Part shown: positions 46,463 through 50,791 of the stretch, piece after piece
How positions within the stretch are numbered: the first letter of the stretch is position 1
Layout: every line of letters starts with the position of its first letter
Source of the DNA: a virus
Strand: one strand, 5' to 3'
UHGV virus genome: UHGV-0205652
Length of the DNA stretch: 50,791 nt
Position numbers and translations under genes: made by a program
Notes under the pieces: generated by a model
What the model was told of the DNA's origin: nothing
The model's input: the letters and a program-made list of their open reading frames with translations, nothing else
Databases searched by the model: none

Positions 46463-46735
46463 TTAATTGAAGTGCGTAGAATAATGATATTCAAACTGTT
46501 CTCGTAGCCATTCAAGGTCATCAAGATATTGCCAGATATCTTTTTGGGATTGGTCTTTTATGACTTGCCAGCGCCACCCGTTACTATCCCGCACACGGCG
46601 AACCATCAAGAGCCACTCTGTGTATTCCCCATAACGTAATCCGTCACACAAATAAACGCGAACAGGAATAGCCCTATACATTTTTGGTAACTGTCGATTT
46701 CCGTTCATGTAATCATTGATATAAACTTCTTTCAT
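46463..46735 (-). CDS. Hypothetical protein (90 aa)
   Basis: ORF only. Confidence 0.5.
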   Translation of the reverse strand: MKEVYINDYMNGNRQLPKMYRAIPVRVYLCDGLRYGEYTEWLLMVRRVRDSNGWRWQVIKDQSQKDIWQYLDDLEWLREQFEYHYSTHFN

Positions 46736-46745
46736 CTAAAAATCC

Positions 46746-46949
46746 TCACGATTCCCACTCATAGCCGACTTTAATTGCCTTGGCTTGCTCAAGAGTATTT
46801 GTCATCACTTTCGTGTTAGAAATATTACCCCAGCAATCACACTCAACTGGAGTTAGGTAATATTCATTTTCTGTTCCATCATCGCTTTTGTAGGTATGAC
46901 GAATTGGATTATTTAAAACCTTGGTGACGGTATGTGTTAGTAAGTTCAT
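46746..46949 (-). CDS. Hypothetical protein (67 aa, CxC...)
   Basis: ORF only. Confidence 0.45.
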   Translation of the reverse strand: MNLLTHTVTKVLNNPIRHTYKSDDGTENEYYLTPVECDCWGNISNTKVMTNTLEQAKAIKVGYEWES

Positions 46950-47285
46950 CTAAAAACCCTCTTGCTTATCACACTGGCACCCACTGTTATCAATACCCCA
47001 AGGGAATAAAGTGTCTAACTCAGTAAACCAACTTTTACATTTGTCACAGTAAAACACTTCCCACGGCATTCCGTACTCAAGAAGCCATTCAGTAACTTGT
47101 GGGGTGATTTGTATTGGTGGGATGCAAGAAACATCGAAGTTTTTAATTTCCAGTTCTCGCTGCAGTGATTCGATTTCTAATCGTTGGTTTGATATTTTTT
47201 GTCTTGAGATAATTCTGTCTGTTTTCAGCTCTCTGTTTTCCTCTGTGAGCCGTTTACATTTTTCAAATAAACTTTCTGTGTTCAT
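46950..47285 (-). CDS. Hypothetical protein (111 aa), coiled-coil N-terminus and Cys-rich C-terminus
   Basis: 'CDKCKSW...CQCDKQ'. Confidence 0.5.
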   Translation of the reverse strand: MNTESLFEKCKRLTEENRELKTDRIISRQKISNQRLEIESLQRELEIKNFDVSCIPPIQITPQVTEWLLEYGMPWEVFYCDKCKSWFTELDTLFPWGIDNSGCQCDKQEGF

Positions 47286-47308
47286 TCATCTAAAAATCCT
47301 CTTGCGTG

Positions 47309-48685
47309 TTAACACTCAATTTCTTCATCTGCGTATTCGTTGCTTAGATTGCTTAAAACAGCCTGATCTAAACCACCACGAGCGTTAGTGAAGTAATATG
47401 TTTTTTCTGCACCGGGTGCGTGTCGTGATTTCGTGCAAATAACCTCAGTGATCCCTTTTAGCTCTGACTGAGGATTATATTTTTCATCACGATAAATCAT
47501 GAAGATAACGTCTGCCTCTTGCTCAATAACGCCAGACTCTCTCAAATCAGCATTGACGGGGCGTTTATTGGTTCGTTGCTCTAAGTTACGGTTTAACTGA
47601 GCAAGTGCGACTACAGGGCATTTAAGCTCTTTTGCTAGGTTCTTTAACCCTGTTGCAATTTCACCTACTGACTGATTCATATTTTCAGGGTTGGTCATTT
47701 TCATTTTCTGCAAGTAGTCAACGATAATGACACCTAAACCACCTGTTTTTTTGTGCATCTTTCTAGCGTCAGCACGTATTTCATGAATGCTCATTGATGG
47801 TCGGTCATTGATATAAATCGGTGATTCCTGGATGTCAGCAAGCGCATGAGATAACTTAGCCCAAGCCTCATCCATGTTTATTTTCGATTTATCATCACCT
47901 AGCAAGTCTTGCTTGTTAACCCCTGCGTGATGAAATGAAATGCGTTCTGATATCTGCCATGACGGCATTTCAAGGCTATAAAAAACAACGGGTTTCTTTT
48001 GTTTCAATCCAATCGCTTTTGAGATTGCTGTACTGAACATGGTTTTACCCATACCTGGACGTCCACCAATAATAATCAAGTCAGTATTGTTAAATCCCCC
48101 AAATGCTTTATCGATATCAGGTAAGCCAAACTGAGTTTTATATTTCCAGATATCACCGTTGATCATCGACTCAAGAATATTTATCGACTCGTTCACTCCG
48201 TCCATGATGTGCTGTGTTTCAACAACACTACCTGTGTCCATTGATGAGATTGTGGATTGAACCTCACCGACAACATCAACAAGATTACTAACGTTTGATG
48301 AGCTAATCTTCGCAATGCCTTCGTTAAGAACAGCAAGAGTTTTTCGTGCCGTGGTTAGATCCTTAATCTTTTGAACATAACCGGGCAACATTTGAATGCT
48401 TGATGTGTTTTTCGTGCATTCAGCAAGATAGCCAAACCCGCCAGTAATTACTGAGTTTCCTTGCTGTTCAAGCTCTCCATTCAGTAAAACCAAATCAACC
48501 TTAGAGCCATTTCTAACGAGGCTTTGCATAGCTTTAAAAATAGCCTTGTGAGCCGATGATGTGAAATCATCAGCAACTAAACTTTCAATCGCTGATATGG
48601 CAATCTCTTCGGTTTCAGATGTAGCAATCAGTATTCCACCAATGACAGCCTGCTCTGAATAATAATCCGTGAATTTATTTTCCAT
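47309..48685 (-). CDS. Replicative DNA helicase (DnaB family)
   Basis: Walker A 'GGRPGMGKTMFS' and the RecA-like core. Start set at MENKF, overlapping the O stop. Confidence 0.9.
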   Translation of the reverse strand: MENKFTDYYSEQAVIGGILIATSETEEIAISAIESLVADDFTSSAHKAIFKAMQSLVRNGSKVDLVLLNGELEQQGNSVITGGFGYLAECTKNTSSIQMLPGYVQKIKDLTTARKTLAVLNEGIAKISSSNVSNLVDVVGEVQSTISSMDTGSVVETQHIMDGVNESINILESMINGDIWKYKTQFGLPDIDKAFGGFNNTDLIIIGGRPGMGKTMFSTAISKAIGLKQKKPVVFYSLEMPSWQISERISFHHAGVNKQDLLGDDKSKINMDEAWAKLSHALADIQESPIYINDRPSMSIHEIRADARKMHKKTGGLGVIIVDYLQKMKMTNPENMNQSVGEIATGLKNLAKELKCPVVALAQLNRNLEQRTNKRPVNADLRESGVIEQEADVIFMIYRDEKYNPQSELKGITEVICTKSRHAPGAEKTYYFTNARGGLDQAVLSNLSNEYADEEIEC

Positions 48686-49773
48686 TAAACAATCCCTTTT
48701 TTCCGTTCGGTATATTCGCGCTTGGCTTGTTCGTAGGTTTGCGACCATCTTGTCGGTGTTAAGATCCAGTCAAGAGTTAACCATCCCTTGTCTTGCAGAC
48801 CAGTGAGTAAACTTGATTGCGATATCAGCTTGAAGCAGGTGTCCATATGTTTTACTTCACGCCACTGTCCCTTGTTGGTTTTGCCATTCCAGACAGCCTC
48901 CAAATCTTTGTAGGCAGGTCTGCGTGATGTCCACTCATGAAAATCAATGGCTCTTTCAGGAACGTATTTATTCCAGATTTTAATTAATTCTTCATGAGGG
49001 CAATCGACAGGGTTAATGCCGTCTCGATTTTTCCACTTGATCGCATCTGACAGGTAACCATCAAAGCGAGTCATTCGACACAAGTTCTGAGGTTTTAAGT
49101 CCTTCCCTTTAGTCCAAGTCTTAACAGCCCACTCCATCACAAGTTTAATTTCATCAGCTGTGTAGCATTCGCCTCTAGCTTTGATGGTATTAAGCGCTTT
49201 TAGGATGGGTTCCGTAGATTGAAATTTAGAATTGGTTAGCTGATTAAAATAATCGAGAATTTCTAGAGCGATATCTTCCCCAACGGGGGTAAGGGGGATC
49301 TTTTCTTTCTTTTCTTTTGTAATAGTTTCTTTTGTGTTTAGCTGACTTGGCTTATGTGAATTAGCCGTTTTAGCTAATGTTTTATTAGCTGACTTAGCTA
49401 ATGTTTCGCTAACTTGGCTAATATTGAAATTCCACTCAGTAAAATCTTTGTTAATTCCAATTTTATTACCTGATGAAATAACAATATTCATAGCAATCAT
49501 TTCATTCTTCGCTTTGCAAACATGAGTATGATGAATGCCCGTCATTTCAGCTATTTGAGTATTTGTAATACGGTCTAACTTTTTGCCGAAGCCGTATGTC
49601 TTTCTGATGATCGCCATAACGACTTTTAGTTGTCTTGCTGTTAAATCTGCACACATAACAGCTTCAAATAGGTCGTTGGCTATTCTTGTGTAACCATCTT
49701 CAAGATTTGCCACTGTTGACCTCTCTTGCCGTCGTTGATTACCAAAGTCAGCGTATGCAACATTGCTATTCAT
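48685..49773 (-). CDS. O: Replication initiator, lambda O-like (Phage_rep_O N-terminal domain) with ori iterons embedded in the linker
   Basis: 'ANLEDGYTRIANDLFEAV...LTARQLKVVMAIIRKTYGFGKK' matches the rep_O N-terminal domain. Confidence 0.85.
   Translation of the reverse strand: MNSNVAYADFGNQRRQERSTVANLEDGYTRIANDLFEAVMCADLTARQLKVVMAIIRKTYGFGKKLDRITNTQIAEMTGIHHTHVCKAKNEMIAMNIVISSGNKIGINKDFTEWNFNISQVSETLAKSANKTLAKTANSHKPSQLNTKETITKEKKEKIPLTPVGEDIALEILDYFNQLTNSKFQSTEPILKALNTIKARGECYTADEIKLVMEWAVKTWTKGKDLKPQNLCRMTRFDGYLSDAIKWKNRDGINPVDCPHEELIKIWNKYVPERAIDFHEWTSRRPAYKDLEAVWNGKTNKGQWREVKHMDTCFKLISQSSLLTGLQDKGWLTLDWILTPTRWSQTYEQAKREYTERKKGIV
49335..49430. repeat. Origin-like iterons: about 5 direct repeats of TTAGCT(A/G)A(C/T)(T/G)T within the O gene, followed (in the gene's direction) by an A/T-rich tract (49290-49330)
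   Basis: Repeats ttagctgacttgg / ttagccgtttt / agctaatgtttt / ttagctgactt / agctaatgtttc / ctaacttgg read from the sequence. They encode the 'LAKSANKTLAKTANS' linker. Confidence 0.55.
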
Positions 49774-49933
49774 CGCTTTTACCTCCTAGTACCTGTTGAC
49801 GATGTTCAGTGCGTATTTTCGCATCTTCAAGCATTGCTCTTAGACACTTAACACCGTCCTGAGTCACCAATCTGTTAAAGCGATTTCTAGCGTTGTTTTT
49901 ATGCACAGCACTATGATTAAATCGTTGTTTCAT
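49766..49933 (-). CDS. Small basic protein (55 aa) between cII and O
   Basis: The stop overlaps the O start. Translated by hand. Confidence 0.35.
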   Translation of the reverse strand: MKQRFNHSAVHKNNARNRFNRLVTQDGVKCLRAMLEDAKIRTEHRQQVLGGKSDE

Positions 49934-50049
49934 GGTATAATTCCCTTATTCCTAAGCTGTATCAGACAAGAGAAACCTAAATTCCCCTTGTCGTAATTAC
50001 TGGTTATTGATACAGTGTATTTGTTAAGTTAAATGGTTAAGTCCATTTG

Positions 50050-50376
50050 TTAATGCGCCTCGGTTGCTCCAACAATCGGGGCGTTTTCTTTTGTTCTCAT
50101 CTGAGAAAGCTCACCTATTTGTTTCCATAAAAAGCGGTATTCTTCCTCTGATATTTTCCTCTCACCTTCCATCACAAAATCGACTATCCCTGATGCGACT
50201 AATGTCTCGCATATCTCAGGATATTTTTCAGTTCTGCGTAGGATAGTTGAGTCATGAACACCTAATGTTTTAGCGACCACTGACTGAGTTTTATTTCTCA
50301 ATGCCTGTAATGCCGAAGCCATCAAGTGATTTGAAATGAATTTATTAAATTGTTTGCGTGTATTTGTGTATTCCAT
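50050..50376 (-). CDS. cII: CII-like lysogeny regulator (HTH)
   Basis: Position after cro and nutR. HTH 'QSVVAKTLGVHDSTILR'. A TTGC-N6-TTGT box in its 5' end, as for lambda pRE. Confidence 0.55.
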   Translation of the reverse strand: MEYTNTRKQFNKFISNHLMASALQALRNKTQSVVAKTLGVHDSTILRRTEKYPEICETLVASGIVDFVMEGERKISEEEYRFLWKQIGELSQMRTKENAPIVGATEAH

Positions 50377-50390
50377 GGTTTAATTTCCTT
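50354..50390 (+). promoter_or_regulatory. pRE-like CII-dependent promoter: TTGCGTGTATTTGTG (50354-50368) within the first codons of cII, oriented toward cro/cI
   Basis: Resembles lambda TTGC-N6-TTGC. The flanking 'CCATGGTTTAAT' resembles the lambda pRE -10 context. Confidence 0.4.
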
Positions 50391-50458
50391 ATTAAATTAC
50401 TTCTCGTTAGAGAACAGCAGTAATGATCCGTGGCTCATTCCATATGAGCGGATTGTTT

Positions 50459-50502
50459 GCTCTGAGAATTTACTCTGAGCGGTCTAGCGATGTTAAAGAG
50501 CT
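50459..50502 (-). promoter_or_regulatory. nutR candidate: boxA AGCTCTTTAAC plus boxB-like CGCTCAGAGTAAATTCTCAGAGC on the - strand, just downstream of cro
   Basis: Near-identical to the nutL elements at 1735-1777. Confidence 0.5.
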
Positions 50503-50510
50503 GGTGATAC

Positions 50511-50696
50511 TTATTTACCTGATGGGAACGGTTTAACTTCTTCAGCTTCAACTGTTCCATCTTGTTTTCTGATAACGAAAATATTTCGTTTTTTTAAAAT
50601 TGCTTTACTTATCGCACTTTGCCTAACACCTAACAATTCAGCCGTTTTGTGTTGTCCTAGCTCAGTAGCAAATTTAGTTAATGGGACTCTTTCCAT
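50511..50696 (-). CDS. cro: Cro-like repressor (61 aa HTH)
   Basis: Start at MERVPLTKF with SD AAGGAGA (track ORF extended to 50747). HTH 'TAELLGVRQSAISKA'. Confidence 0.8.
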   Translation of the reverse strand: MERVPLTKFATELGQHKTAELLGVRQSAISKAILKKRNIFVIRKQDGTVEAEEVKPFPSGK

Positions 50697-50710
50697 AGTT
50701 TCTCCTTTTT

Positions 50711-50791
50711 TAATTATTATCACCGCAAGTGATAAAATAGTCAACACCTGCGGTGATTGGTAAATATTCCATTTGGTAATAAAATTGCAGT
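50711..50791. promoter_or_regulatory. OR/pR/pRM region: pR on the - strand (TTGACT at 50739-50744 rc, 17-nt spacer, GATAAT at 50716-50721 rc); operators TATCACCGCAAGTGATA (50718-50734) and CAACACCTGCGGTGATT (50742-50758); weak pRM-like TAAAAT (50780-50785) placing the cI AUG at +1
   Basis: Read directly from the sequence. The operator half-sites are identical to those at 1631-1700. Divergent cI and cro are only juxtaposed across the window ends. Confidence 0.65.

Noticed and set aside
48686-48748. N-terminal 21-aa extension of the helicase ORF (MVANLRTSQARIYRTEKRDCL)
   Set aside because: It overlaps the O coding region and has no SD. The ATG at MENKF has an AAGGGA SD and overlaps the O stop in the usual coupled fashion.
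1-50791. CRISPR array, rRNA, tRNA, IS/transposase
   Set aside because: No regularly spaced direct repeats, no transposase or IS inverted repeats, and no rRNA-like stretches were seen. The only repeat families are operators, iterons, int arm sites and the ERK coding repeat.

Overview
The window reads as a complete temperate lambdoid siphovirus genome of about 50.8 kb, linearised inside its own immunity switch. A cI-type repressor (HTH plus S24 peptidase) starts at base 1 on the + strand, and a Cro-like gene, a strong pR-like promoter and lambda-style operators (TATCACCGC..GGTGATA) sit at the extreme 3' end on the - strand. Operators, pRM and pR are therefore only contiguous if the two window ends are joined. 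Integrase and a putative attP are internal, which fits a circular or vegetative form rather than an integrated prophage with host flanks. By eye the DNA is AT-rich, roughly 40% GC (not computed), suggesting an Enterobacterales host such as Morganellaceae; that is inference only.

Layout:
- Early-left operon (+ strand, 2006-10654): pL with three operators, nutL, a P22-gp24-like N antiterminator, many small genes, a DnaQ-like exonuclease, Erf, SSB, a Dam methylase and an AlpA-type excisionase. The excisionase is convergent with a P4-type integrase, followed by an attP-like region with arm-type repeats.
- Early-right and late genes (- strand, 50696 down to 12429): cro, nutR, a cII-like gene with a pRE-like box, O with internal iterons, a DnaB helicase, a nin region (Lar, NinB, a PD-(D/E)XK nuclease, YbcO, RusA) and a Q-like gene with pR', a short 6S-like RNA and a terminator. 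Then come holin, endolysin and embedded Rz/Rz1, a moron block, and TerS/TerL with a pac-type (SPP1/P22-like) portal, a MuF-like protein, scaffold, coat and major tail protein. After a 5.3-kb cargo island come the tape measure protein, lambda-like M, L, K, I and J, and a tail fibre.

Most interesting: the cargo island between the tail chaperone and the tape measure protein (23810-29103). It holds a P22 immI-like Mnt/Arc/Ant module, a DUF3800 gene, and an uncharacterised four-gene cassette (ParA/MinD-family ATPase, two novel proteins, a small 2-TM protein) in the position P22 uses for sieA. This is a candidate undescribed exclusion or defence system. Other morons are an AT-rich gene pair co-transcribed with cI in the rexAB position, an antisense SieB-like membrane protein in the pL operon, and a reverse-oriented gene inside the tail operon. 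No tRNA, rRNA or CRISPR array was recognised.
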